Shown here one piece after another: positions 19,866-28,915 of a stretch of 64,000 nucleotides of DNA. The DNA comes from Alphaproteobacteria bacterium (lineage in GTDB: Bacteria; Pseudomonadota; Alphaproteobacteria; UBA7887), in NCBI GenBank assembly GCA_965216755.1, contig CBDCGL010000011.1, positions 4,179,482 through 4,243,481 of the forward strand. Reading direction: 5' to 3'. The translations under genes and the position numbers were made by a program. How positions within the stretch are numbered: the first letter of the stretch is position 1; each line of letters opens with the position of its first letter. The notes below the pieces were generated by a model. It was not told where the DNA came from. It was given only the letters and a program-made list of their open reading frames with translations, and ran no database searches.

Positions 19866-20453
19866 ATGAGAACTCAGATCATATGCGATATTGCAGCCTT
19901 TGCTGGCGCCTGGACGAAGGCGCTGCGCGTTGGCCGTCGTGGCCATGTGGCCGTCATGCTGGTGACAACTCTAACGATTGGCGGCTGTCAGATTCAGATG
20001 GGCGTCTATGCCGGCTTGACAGAGAGCGATCGGTTGATCATGGCTGACGCGACGCAGCAGGCCTTAGATAACAATCGGACTGGCGAAAGCACCAACTGGT
20101 CCAATGACGAAACCGGCCATTTGGGCACGATCACACCAACCGCGACGCGCAAGTCCTCGGCCGGTGAGGATTGCCGTGGCTATCAAGAAACTTTCACGAT
20201 CGACGGTGAGACCCAACGTGGCGATGGCATTGCTTGCCGCACGGCCAACGGGGTCTGGGAAACCATTGATCTGCGCTATGCCCGCCGCGGCGACCATTAC
20301 GATCCATATGGTTATCCGTACTACTGGTACCCTCCTTACGACTATTGGCCGCCGGATATATTTTATCGGCATCATTTATGGTTTGGTCACCACCGTCGCT
20401 ATCATAACAGGCACGGTGCGACATTCGGCTTCCATTTTGGCCATTATTTCTAG
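19866..20453 (+). CDS. Lipoprotein with a surface-antigen-like central region and a Tyr/Trp/His/Pro-rich C-terminal tail.
   Basis: The lipobox is LTIGGC. The central region reads CRGYQETFTIDGETQRGDGIACRTANGVWE, and the tail reads YPYYWYPPYDYWPPDIFYRHHLWFGHHRRYHNRHG. Confidence 0.5.
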   Translation: MRTQIICDIAAFAGAWTKALRVGRRGHVAVMLVTTLTIGGCQIQMGVYAGLTESDRLIMADATQQALDNNRTGESTNWSNDETGHLGTITPTATRKSSAGEDCRGYQETFTIDGETQRGDGIACRTANGVWETIDLRYARRGDHYDPYGYPYYWYPPYDYWPPDIFYRHHLWFGHHRRYHNRHGATFGFHFGHYF

Positions 20454-20698
20454 GGGTTAGCGGAGACACGGGCGTTGAGATTGTGCGTTATGCACAAAGT
20501 AAGGGAGCTAAAAAAGGTCTGCCACTTGCGGCAAATTTTCTTGTCACCTGGATCAATGAGGAGTCGACTCACTCAAATCGGTGTCATAAAATGGATATCA
20601 ATGATCGCTGATCGGGCTTTCGCCCAATAAGGTCTGGCTGGTGGTCTATTGGTTCTAGGACGCTCGTTTTTTCGGAGTGTGCGTCTCCTATCGACAAA

Positions 20699-20733
20699 GC
20701 CGCCTGGGTGTGAGTGCCCAGGCGGCGTTTTTC
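20699..20733 (+). terminator. Rho-independent terminator hairpin.
   Basis: The stem GCCGCCTGGG pairs with CCCAGGCGGC around the loop tgtgagtg, and GTTTTT follows. It lies about 250 bp downstream of the nearest plus-strand gene end. Confidence 0.6.
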
Positions 20734-20858
20734 GTTGGGCAAGTGGTCCATGCTGGCTTGCTTGCGTGGCGGCGACGCATTGGTCAAGATCACAGATATA
20801 GCTGTTCGCGCTATCCTGCCGCCGCCCGCTCGAATGACGGACGCTGGTACCGGCACCT

Positions 20859-22898
20859 ATGGCGCTGATCAGCAAAAATTGGGGCTCTCGACAATTCGGC
20901 CCGATGAATCATGGGGAGGACGCACGCGCCATGGAAGCCACGACCGCGCTGCACGAAAAACTCTATCGCACAATGGTGCAAATTCGCGCCTTTGAGGACC
21001 GTACGACCAAATTGTTCAATGACGGTTTCGTCAAAGGCACGGCCCACAGTTATATGGGCGAGGAAGCGGTGGCGGCCGGCGCGTGCGCCGCATTGCGTGA
21101 GGACGATTATATCGCCAGCTATCACCGCGGCCATGGCCATTGCATCGCCAAGGGCGCCGATCTCAATCTGATGATGGCGGAACTCATGGGCCGCGACACC
21201 GGCTATTGCCGGGGTCTTGGTGGCTCGATGCACATCGCCGACCTTAAGCTCAATATTCTCGGCGCCAATGGCATCGTCGGCGCCGGTATGCCGCTGGCGA
21301 CGGGCGCCGGATTGGCGGCGCGCATTCGCGACTCGGACCAGGTGTCGATCGCCTTTTTCGGCGATGGCGCCAGCAGCCAAGGGGTTTTCCACGAATCGCT
21401 GAACTTGGCCAAGGTCTGGAAACTGCCGGTTATTTTTATTTGTGAAAACAACCAATACGGCTTGTCGACCGCGTTCAAGAATATATCCGCGGTGGATCGG
21501 GTCTCGACGCGGTCGACCGCCTACGACGTGCCGGGAACGACCGTTGATGGCAATGATGTATTGGCCGTGCACGAAGCTGTCAGCGCTGCCGTGGTGCGGG
21601 CCCGTTCGGGTGAGGGGCCGAGTTTGATCGAAGCGCTGACCTATCGCTGGGGCCAACACAGCATGCGCGCAAACCTGCCCGATCCGCGTGCGGACAAGGA
21701 AATCGAGCAATGGATGGCCCGTGATCCGATCCCGCGCTTCGAGGATGTGCTCGAAGAGCGCAAGATCTTAAGCCGCGCGCGCATGGATGAGATCAAGGCC
21801 GAGGCAGAAGTCGCTATGGACTCGGCCGTTGCGTTTGGTGAGAAAAGCCCGGAGCCGACGGTCGCGATGATGGAACAGGCCGTGTACGCGCCCCATGTGC
21901 TGCACAATGCACCGCCGGCCGAAGGCCGCAGCTTGAGCTTTCCCGACGCCCTGAATGAAGCCATGCGCCAGGAGATGGCGCGCGACGAGAGTGTCTTTTT
22001 GATGGGCGAGGATGTGGGAAAAACCGGCGGTATCTTCACCGTGTCGAAGGGCTTGCTCGACGAATTCGGGCCCGAGCGCGTGCGCGACACACCGATTGCC
22101 GAGGCGACCTTCTCGGGCGCCGGCGTGGGCGCCGCGATCGCCGGCATGCGCCCGGTCGTCGAAGTCCAGATCTTCGACTTCGTCAGCCTGATGATGGACA
22201 TGATCGTCAACCAGGCGGCCAAGTTCCGCTACATGCTGGGCGGTAAGCCGACCGTGCCATTGGTCATCCGCGGCCCGCAAGGTGGCGGCATACGCCTTGC
22301 CGCGCAGCATTCGCAAAGCCTGGAAGCCTGGTTTACCCATGTGCCGGGCTTGGTGGTGGTGGCACCATCGACGCCCTACGACGCCAAGGGCTTGCTGACC
22401 GCCGCAATCCGTGACGACAACCCGGTGATTTTCTTGGAGCACAAGCTGCTCTATCTCGGCCAAACCGGCCCGGTCCCGGAAGATCCCTACGCGATTCCGC
22501 TGGGCAAGGCTGACGTCAAACAAGAGGGCACCGACGTCACCATTGTTGCGACCCAAATGATGGTGCATCGTGCCTTGGCGGCCGCCAACGATCTGGCCCG
22601 CGCCGGGATCAGCGCGGAGGTGATCGATCCGCGTACTTTGGTACCCCTGGATCTTGACACCATCGTGGCCTCGGTGCGCAAGACCAATCGGGTCGTGATT
22701 GCGCATGAGGCGGTTAAACGCGGCGGCTATGGCGCGGAGATCTCGGCGCAGATCACCGAGAACGCCTTTGATTATTTGGACGCGCCGATTGTCCGGGTTG
22801 GCGCCCGTGCTGTGCCGATGCCTTACAATGACGAGCTGGAACGGTCGGTGATCCCAACCCAGCAGGACATTGTCGACGCCGCCAAGGGCTTGTTCTAG
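20859..22898 (+). CDS. Fused alpha/beta E1 component of a thiamine-diphosphate-dependent 2-oxoacid (pyruvate/acetoin/branched-chain) dehydrogenase.
   Basis: The N-terminal half has the E1-alpha TPP-binding region (GDGASSQGVFHESLN). The C-terminal half is E1-beta transketolase-like (FLMGEDVG... RDTPIAE). Together they make 679 aa. Confidence 0.8.
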   Translation: MALISKNWGSRQFGPMNHGEDARAMEATTALHEKLYRTMVQIRAFEDRTTKLFNDGFVKGTAHSYMGEEAVAAGACAALREDDYIASYHRGHGHCIAKGADLNLMMAELMGRDTGYCRGLGGSMHIADLKLNILGANGIVGAGMPLATGAGLAARIRDSDQVSIAFFGDGASSQGVFHESLNLAKVWKLPVIFICENNQYGLSTAFKNISAVDRVSTRSTAYDVPGTTVDGNDVLAVHEAVSAAVVRARSGEGPSLIEALTYRWGQHSMRANLPDPRADKEIEQWMARDPIPRFEDVLEERKILSRARMDEIKAEAEVAMDSAVAFGEKSPEPTVAMMEQAVYAPHVLHNAPPAEGRSLSFPDALNEAMRQEMARDESVFLMGEDVGKTGGIFTVSKGLLDEFGPERVRDTPIAEATFSGAGVGAAIAGMRPVVEVQIFDFVSLMMDMIVNQAAKFRYMLGGKPTVPLVIRGPQGGGIRLAAQHSQSLEAWFTHVPGLVVVAPSTPYDAKGLLTAAIRDDNPVIFLEHKLLYLGQTGPVPEDPYAIPLGKADVKQEGTDVTIVATQMMVHRALAAANDLARAGISAEVIDPRTLVPLDLDTIVASVRKTNRVVIAHEAVKRGGYGAEISAQITENAFDYLDAPIVRVGARAVPMPYNDELERSVIPTQQDIVDAAKGLF

Positions 22899-23740
22899 TT
22901 CGCTGCGGTTTCATCTAGCGCGGCGTCGAGGCCGCGCAAATAGCCGATCGCGCGTGCCGCGCGCGCGGCGCCGTCCGGCTCGTAAATAAACGGCTCGACC
23001 GCGATGACGCCGTCGTAGCCATTGCGCCGCAGTGCGCTCAATATGGCGGCGAAATCGTCGCAACCCTGTCCGGGCGCTTTTTTGTTGGTGTCGTTGACTT
23101 GGATGTGGCGAATGTGGCCGGTTGGCAACCAACGATCGATCACTGTCGGCAGCGGGTCGGTTTCGGCGATACCGCTGGAACAGGTGTCGATCATGGTTGC
23201 CATAGCCGGGCTGTCGACCGCCTCGACCATGGCGACGGCATCAGCGATTGTGTTGATAAAGTTGGTTTCGCGTGACGCCAATGCCTCAATGCAATAGGTG
23301 ATGCCGGCTTGCGCCGCACTGTCGGCGATCGCCGCGAATGTATCTCGTGCGCGCGCCCAATAGGCCTGCGGGTCGCCGTCGGATGGGACATGACGTGCCG
23401 GCGGCGAGCCATGAACCATGATTTTGGCCCCTAGGTCGGCGCTCAATCCGATTAGCCTTTGCAGGACCGCGATGGTTCGCGCGCGCAAATCATCGTCGGT
23501 GCTATGGATCGACAGGCCCGGAGGCGTTACCAACAGCCAGTGCAAACTGACAATCTCAAGACCCACGTCCGAGGCCGCCCGGCGGATCGTCGCACGTTCA
23601 CTGGCGGGCATCAGGTGCGGCGTCTCGCCCAATGTGAAGGGGGCCAACTCGATTGCGTCATAGCCGACCGCCGCCGCAAACGCGCACTGGTCGGCGAACG
23701 GCAGATCGCGGATCACTTCGTTGCAAAGCGCGTATTTCAT
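22895..23740 (-). CDS. Sugar phosphate isomerase/epimerase with a xylose-isomerase-like TIM barrel.
   Basis: The protein begins MKYALCNEV. Its ATG overlaps the tctA stop as ATGA. The upstream in-frame extension of ORF 22895-24511 was rejected. Confidence 0.65.
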   Translation of the reverse strand: MKYALCNEVIRDLPFADQCAFAAAVGYDAIELAPFTLGETPHLMPASERATIRRAASDVGLEIVSLHWLLVTPPGLSIHSTDDDLRARTIAVLQRLIGLSADLGAKIMVHGSPPARHVPSDGDPQAYWARARDTFAAIADSAAQAGITYCIEALASRETNFINTIADAVAMVEAVDSPAMATMIDTCSSGIAETDPLPTVIDRWLPTGHIRHIQVNDTNKKAPGQGCDDFAAILSALRRNGYDGVIAVEPFIYEPDGAARAARAIGYLRGLDAALDETAAN

Positions 23741-25260
23741 CAGTTCGAATCCCGGGTGCGGCGCAACGGTATCAGCCAGCGGCCGATGTTGCGGCGCAGT
23801 GCTGGGAAACTGAGCAAGATGGTCAACAACGTGACGGTTGCCAAGACCGCACAGATGGGTCGGGTGAGAAAGGGCGTGATGTCGCCGTCGGTCAGGACCA
23901 GGCCGCGGCGCAAGCTTTTGTCCAGGATTTCGCCCAGCACAATGCCCAGCACAAGGGGCGCCATGGGATAGTTCATTTGGCGTAATGCAAAGCCGAGCAA
24001 GCCGAAGCCCAGCATGACCCAAATGTCGAAGATACGGCTGGCGATGGCGAACGACCCAATCGTGCATAGCACGAAAATGACCGACATCAGGTGGGCCCGC
24101 GACACTTGCAGGACCATCAACAGCAGGCGCGTCAAGATTAGCCCGTAGAACAGGATCGCCAAACTGGCGAGAAAGATCATAGCCACCACTTCGTACACGA
24201 ATGTGGGCGATTCGATCATGATCAACGGGCCGGGCCGCACCCCGTGAATGAACATGGCGGCCAGCAACACCGCCGCGGGCGCCGAGCCCGGCACGGCCAG
24301 GGTCAGTACCGGAATGATCGCGCCCGGCACGGCGGCGCTGTTGCCGGTTTCCGCGGCCATCAAACCATCCACGGAACCGCTGCCGAATTGGTCGCGTTCC
24401 TTGCTGGTGCGCCGCGCCGCCGCGTAGGACGCCCAGGCGCCCATGTCCTCCCCGACGCCGGGGATCAGGCCCATCATGGTGCCGATCACGCCGGACCGCA
24501 GGATCGTCCAACGATAGTGCAGCACTTCGCCGAGACGGGGCAGAACGGAATCCATCTTGCCGCGCACCGTTTCATAGGCGCGGCTTTGCATGACCACGAG
24601 GATTTCAGCAAAGCCAAACGCGCCCACCAGGGCGGGCAGCAGACCGAAACCACCCGCCAGATCCGTGACCCCGAAACTAAAACGTTCATAGGCATGAATG
24701 CCTTCCATGCCCACGGTTGCCAGAAGCAGACCCAAGAAACCCGCCAACCACCCCTTGAGAGGATCTCCAAGCGCGGTCAAGTGGCCGGAAATCACAATGC
24801 CGAACAGCGCCAGCCAAAAGAATTCGTAAGCGCCGAAGGCGAGCGCGAAGTCGGCCAAGATCGGCGCCAACACCGCCAGAAATACCATGCCGATCAGCGT
24901 GCCGATGACGGATCCTGAGGTCGCGATACCCATTGCGCGCCCGGCGCGCCCACTGCGCGCCAGCGGGAAACCATCCAATGTTGCGGCGGCGCTCGCGGGC
25001 GTGCCCGGGATGTTGAGCAAAATCGCGCTGCGGCTGCCGCCATAGATGGCACCGACATACATGCAGATCAGGATCAGAATCGCATCGCCGGCTTCCATGC
25101 GGAAGGTCAGCGTGGTCATCAGCGCGACGCCAAGCGTCGCGGTCAAGCCGGGCATCATGCCGACGGTAATGCCCAGCAAAGTTGCCCACAGCACGCTGAA
25201 CAGCGGCGACCAATGCATAAGGGCCGCCAGCGCCGCGATCAATTGTCCCAGCCCTTCCAT
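23740..25260 (-). CDS. tctA: Tripartite tricarboxylate transporter permease, large subunit TctA.
   Basis: The 506-aa polytopic membrane protein shows a typical TctA pattern (GLIPGVGE, etc.). Confidence 0.85.
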   Translation of the reverse strand: MEGLGQLIAALAALMHWSPLFSVLWATLLGITVGMMPGLTATLGVALMTTLTFRMEAGDAILILICMYVGAIYGGSRSAILLNIPGTPASAAATLDGFPLARSGRAGRAMGIATSGSVIGTLIGMVFLAVLAPILADFALAFGAYEFFWLALFGIVISGHLTALGDPLKGWLAGFLGLLLATVGMEGIHAYERFSFGVTDLAGGFGLLPALVGAFGFAEILVVMQSRAYETVRGKMDSVLPRLGEVLHYRWTILRSGVIGTMMGLIPGVGEDMGAWASYAAARRTSKERDQFGSGSVDGLMAAETGNSAAVPGAIIPVLTLAVPGSAPAAVLLAAMFIHGVRPGPLIMIESPTFVYEVVAMIFLASLAILFYGLILTRLLLMVLQVSRAHLMSVIFVLCTIGSFAIASRIFDIWVMLGFGLLGFALRQMNYPMAPLVLGIVLGEILDKSLRRGLVLTDGDITPFLTRPICAVLATVTLLTILLSFPALRRNIGRWLIPLRRTRDSN

Positions 25261-25266
25261 GGCAGG

Positions 25267-25767
25267 CTAGGGCAATCGAACCAGAAACACGTAGCGAAAG
25301 ACCAGCGTGACGATGACGGCGACGATGACGGCCTGGACCAGGGCGGTCGTCGTGAGTCGAGTCAAATCGCGGCGCGAGGCGCCGCGCCGATACGCGAAAA
25401 CGACGATGAAGGCAAAGACGAACAGGCCGGTTGCCAACCAAAACGGCAGCGTTCCGACCAGCCCGGCCGCGTAGCCGATGGTCAGGCCGAGCGTGATAAG
25501 CACCCGCTGCGCGGCCGGCGTGCGGACCAATGTACCGGTCCCGGCCCAGGGATTGCCAATGCGCCAACCGCCGCGCCGTGCAGCGCGTAGGGTGAGCAGC
25601 AATCCCAACGCCAGAATCATGACGCCAAGCAGGCCCGGCACGATCCCCGGCACCGTGTAGGGATTGACGGACAGATGCGCGAAGCGCGGCATGCGCAAGG
25701 ATTCGAATAGCGCAAACAGGCCGAGCCCGAAAAACAGGAGGCCGGTGACGAAATCCGCGCGGGCCAT
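25267..25767 (-). CDS. tctB: Tripartite tricarboxylate transporter small subunit TctB.
   Basis: The 166-aa protein has four TM helices and sits between tctC and tctA. Confidence 0.75.
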   Translation of the reverse strand: MARADFVTGLLFFGLGLFALFESLRMPRFAHLSVNPYTVPGIVPGLLGVMILALGLLLTLRAARRGGWRIGNPWAGTGTLVRTPAAQRVLITLGLTIGYAAGLVGTLPFWLATGLFVFAFIVVFAYRRGASRRDLTRLTTTALVQAVIVAVIVTLVFRYVFLVRLP

Positions 25768-25770
25768 GCT

Positions 25771-26778
25771 TTAAGGCTTCGGTATGCCCGCGTCCTCGGG
25801 CGACATCACAGTGCGGCCGGCAGCATGCAACATCCAGGCGTCGGCTTGTACAGTCGGATAGACTTCATCGTGGGCCTTTTCACCATAGAACGGCGCAAAC
25901 ACCGTGCCCCGTTGCTTGGCATATGCCTGCAGCGCCGCTGAATTGGCGATCTTGTCCTGCCAGATCGTATCGAACGTGGCGATGACGTCCGGTGGGATAT
26001 CGTGCGGCACGAAGATGCCGAAATGGGTCAAGGTGTTGGGAATTTCACCGACCCAGTCGCTGACTGGTGGCAAGGTTCCCAGGCCCTCCATCGCGACCGG
26101 CTCGTTGGCGGCAACGGCCAATATGCGCAGGCGGCCGGCGCGCGCCATTTCGATCTGTTCGGTCGAAAGTTGGGTCGTGACCTCAGTTTCCCCTGCCACC
26201 GTGGCGATTACGGCAGGATTGCCGCCATCATAGCTGACGTGGCGATATTGCAGGTCAGCGGCTTGGGCGATGGCTTCCATGGTGGAATGGCCGGAAGATC
26301 CCACGCCCGCGGTGGCGACCGAGATCTCGCCGGGCCGTGCGCGCATGGCGTCGACCAAGTCGGCCATGGTCTGGTAGGGCGTGTCGGGATTGACACCGAC
26401 CAAGCTTGGCGTGACCACATCCAGGTAAAGGAGCCAATCTTCAATGTTCGTATCGAACAGCCCGGTCAGCTTATAGGTGCCGAGCATTTTGGCGCCGCCC
26501 GCGGTCCAGGTGTAACCGTCATGGGGCGCCTGCCAGGTGTTCTTTTTGCCGATCGAACCGGACGCACCGGGCTGATTGACCACGACAATTTTCTGACCGA
26601 GGGCGGTTTCAAGCTCGCCCGCCAGGACGCGGGTCACCTGGTCGGTCGAGCCGCCGGCGGCCCAGGGCACGATTATCGTGATTGGTTTGGTCGGCTGCCA
26701 TGGCAGATCATCGGCCAAAGCGGCACCGCCGAGGATGACGACCGCCAACGCGGCGCAAACAACTTTGAATCCGTGCAT
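25771..26778 (-). CDS. tctC: Tripartite tricarboxylate transporter substrate-binding protein (TctC / Bug family).
   Basis: The start at MHGFKVV has a GAGGGAGA Shine-Dalgarno sequence. A signal peptide is present, and the Bug-family pattern (AGGSTD, VNQPGASGSIG) is clear. Confidence 0.8.
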   Translation of the reverse strand: MHGFKVVCAALAVVILGGAALADDLPWQPTKPITIIVPWAAGGSTDQVTRVLAGELETALGQKIVVVNQPGASGSIGKKNTWQAPHDGYTWTAGGAKMLGTYKLTGLFDTNIEDWLLYLDVVTPSLVGVNPDTPYQTMADLVDAMRARPGEISVATAGVGSSGHSTMEAIAQAADLQYRHVSYDGGNPAVIATVAGETEVTTQLSTEQIEMARAGRLRILAVAANEPVAMEGLGTLPPVSDWVGEIPNTLTHFGIFVPHDIPPDVIATFDTIWQDKIANSAALQAYAKQRGTVFAPFYGEKAHDEVYPTVQADAWMLHAAGRTVMSPEDAGIPKP

Positions 26779-26914
26779 AGCCGATTCTCCCTCTAATTCA
26801 CACGCGCCCGTCAATGCGAAGCATGCCGAGCGCGACGCCGTGCCGTCAAGCGGCTAGCCGACCGCGCTTGGTCGCGCATATCATGGCAATGAGAAAACAA
26901 AGGAGGGCTCGGCC

Positions 26915-27931
26915 GTGACGTCGAACATGCCGAGAATTCAGACGACGGTGGTCGGATCCTACCCGCTGCCCGATTGGTTGGCGGCTAATCCAACCGAGCA
27001 AGCCTTGGACGATGCCGCGCGCGTCGTCATCCACACCCAAGAACATGCCGGTATCGATCTGGTTTGTGACGGCGAACTATATCGGTTCGATGTCAACCAC
27101 CCGGCTACCAACGGCATGATCGAATATTTCTTGCGGCCTATGGCCGGGGTGCGGACGGCGATTCGGTTCGACGAAGCGGTCGCGTATCGGGCGCGCAGCG
27201 ACATGGCGTTTCGCAGCCGCCCGCCTGGCGTCGTTGACGGGCCGATTGAGGCCGGCACGCTCGATTTGCCGGCGGCCTGTGCCCGGGCGCGCGCCCTTGC
27301 CCAAGCCCCATTGAAGTTCACGCTGACCGGGCCGCATATGCTGGCGAAGACGTTGGTGGACAACTACTACAACGACCGTGACGCGTTGGTCGACGCCATC
27401 GCCGATGTGTTGGCCGCCCAAGTGGCTCAGTGCGATGCCGACGTCATCCAGGTCGACGAAGCCAATCTGCCGGGCCACCCGACGGAATGGCCGATGGCGT
27501 CGCGGGCGATCAACAAGGTGCTCGATGCCATCCCGAGCGTGTCAGCGGTGCATTTGTGCTTTGGCAACTATGGGGGGCAGACAATACAAGACGGTACCTG
27601 GGGGCCGTTGCTCGACTATCTAAACAGTCTGCATACTGACCACATCGTTATGGAAAATGCGCGTCGGCCGGCTGAAGAATTGGCTGTTTTTCGGGACCTC
27701 AAACCAGAAATTGGCATGGGGCTTGGCGTGATCGATATCAAACAGACCGAGATCGAAAGCGCCGACGACGTGGCCCGCGCGATCGAGCGCGCCGATACTG
27801 TGATTGGCGCCGGACGGGTGCGCTATATCCACCCGGATTGTGGCTTTTGGATGCTCAAACGCCCAATCGCCGACGCCAAAATCAGAGCGCTCGTCAAGGG
27901 CCGCGACGTGTATGAAGGACGACACGCATGA
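26915..27931 (+). CDS. Cobalamin-independent methionine synthase (MetE) C-terminal-domain-like protein, Meth_synt_2 family.
   Basis: A GTG start at 26915 follows a strong AAGGAGGG Shine-Dalgarno sequence. The 338-aa protein shows the TTVVGSYP opening and the UroD/MetE-like fold pattern. Confidence 0.6.
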   Translation: MTSNMPRIQTTVVGSYPLPDWLAANPTEQALDDAARVVIHTQEHAGIDLVCDGELYRFDVNHPATNGMIEYFLRPMAGVRTAIRFDEAVAYRARSDMAFRSRPPGVVDGPIEAGTLDLPAACARARALAQAPLKFTLTGPHMLAKTLVDNYYNDRDALVDAIADVLAAQVAQCDADVIQVDEANLPGHPTEWPMASRAINKVLDAIPSVSAVHLCFGNYGGQTIQDGTWGPLLDYLNSLHTDHIVMENARRPAEELAVFRDLKPEIGMGLGVIDIKQTEIESADDVARAIERADTVIGAGRVRYIHPDCGFWMLKRPIADAKIRALVKGRDVYEGRHA

Positions 27932-28087
27932 AACTGAAACGCGTCGAATGTATCGCCATCGTCGCCGCCTGTTGGTCACTTACGGGGCGGAGATGTCGCT
28001 GGCCATGACCAGCTTTGGTGGGTGTATAGACCGTGCCTTCACACCCACGGGTCACCCGCGGACGCGCTCCGTGGGGCAGAAAGTGCG

Positions 28088-28912
28088 CTAAACCAGCGCG
28101 GCGAAGCGTTCCTTGGCAATGCGGACAACCTCTTCGGGATCGCGCTGCCACCAGTTGTTCTGAGAGAAGATCTCCACTTCGATCGGTCCGTCATAACCGG
28201 CCGCGTCGATCCAAGACCGAATGCGCGCGATATCGATGACGCCGTCACCCATCATGCCGCGATCCAACAAGAAATCGGTCGTCGGCACCAGCCAGTCGCA
28301 AACGTGAAAACCGAGAATGCGGTCTTTGCCGGCGCGGGCGATCTGGCGTTCCAAGGTGGGATCCCACCAGACGTGATAAACATCGACCGCGACGCCCACG
28401 CCATCGCCCAACGCGTCGCAAAGGTCCAAGGCGTGCGACAGCGTGTTGATACAGGTGCGGTCGGCGGCATACATCGGATGCAGCGGCTCGATGGCCAGTG
28501 GCACGCCGGACGCGCGGGCATGGGGCAGGATCGCCGCCAGTCCGTCGGCGATCATGGCGTGGGCACCGGGTAGATCCTTGGAGCCCTTGGGCAAGCCGCC
28601 GCCCAAAATCACCAAACACCGCGCGCCGATTGTGGCGGCCTCATCAATTGCACGCTTATTGTCATCAATCACGGCTTGGCGTCCCGCCGCGTCGGCAGCC
28701 GGGAACATGCCGCCCCGGCAGACGCTTGAGGCCGAAAGGCCGGCATCGCGAATGCGCATCCCCGCTTGGTCAACGCCGCACGCGGCCAGCTGATCGCGCC
28801 ATGGTGCGACCCATCGAATGCCCGCGGTGGCACAACCGTCGATAGCCGCCGGGGCATCCCACTTCATACGTGTGGTGGCAAAATTCCATGACAGCCGCGT
28901 GCTGTTGGCCAT
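28088..28912 (-). CDS. Sugar phosphate isomerase/epimerase with a xylose-isomerase-like TIM barrel.
   Basis: The 274-aa protein is the last gene of a tight minus-strand operon. Confidence 0.6.
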   Translation of the reverse strand: MANSTRLSWNFATTRMKWDAPAAIDGCATAGIRWVAPWRDQLAACGVDQAGMRIRDAGLSASSVCRGGMFPAADAAGRQAVIDDNKRAIDEAATIGARCLVILGGGLPKGSKDLPGAHAMIADGLAAILPHARASGVPLAIEPLHPMYAADRTCINTLSHALDLCDALGDGVGVAVDVYHVWWDPTLERQIARAGKDRILGFHVCDWLVPTTDFLLDRGMMGDGVIDIARIRSWIDAAGYDGPIEVEIFSQNNWWQRDPEEVVRIAKERFAALV

Positions 28913-28915
28913 CGT

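Noticed and set aside
23741-23760. tRNA-like GTTCGAATCC T-loop motif.
   Set aside because: It lies inside the tctA coding sequence. No acceptor or anticodon stem pairing can be built around it.
23741-24511. In-frame upstream extension of the sugar-phosphate isomerase ORF (22895-24511, 538 aa).
   Set aside because: The extension overlaps tctA, which has unambiguous TctA membrane-protein signatures in another frame. The isomerase starts at the ATG at 23740, coupled to the tctA stop.
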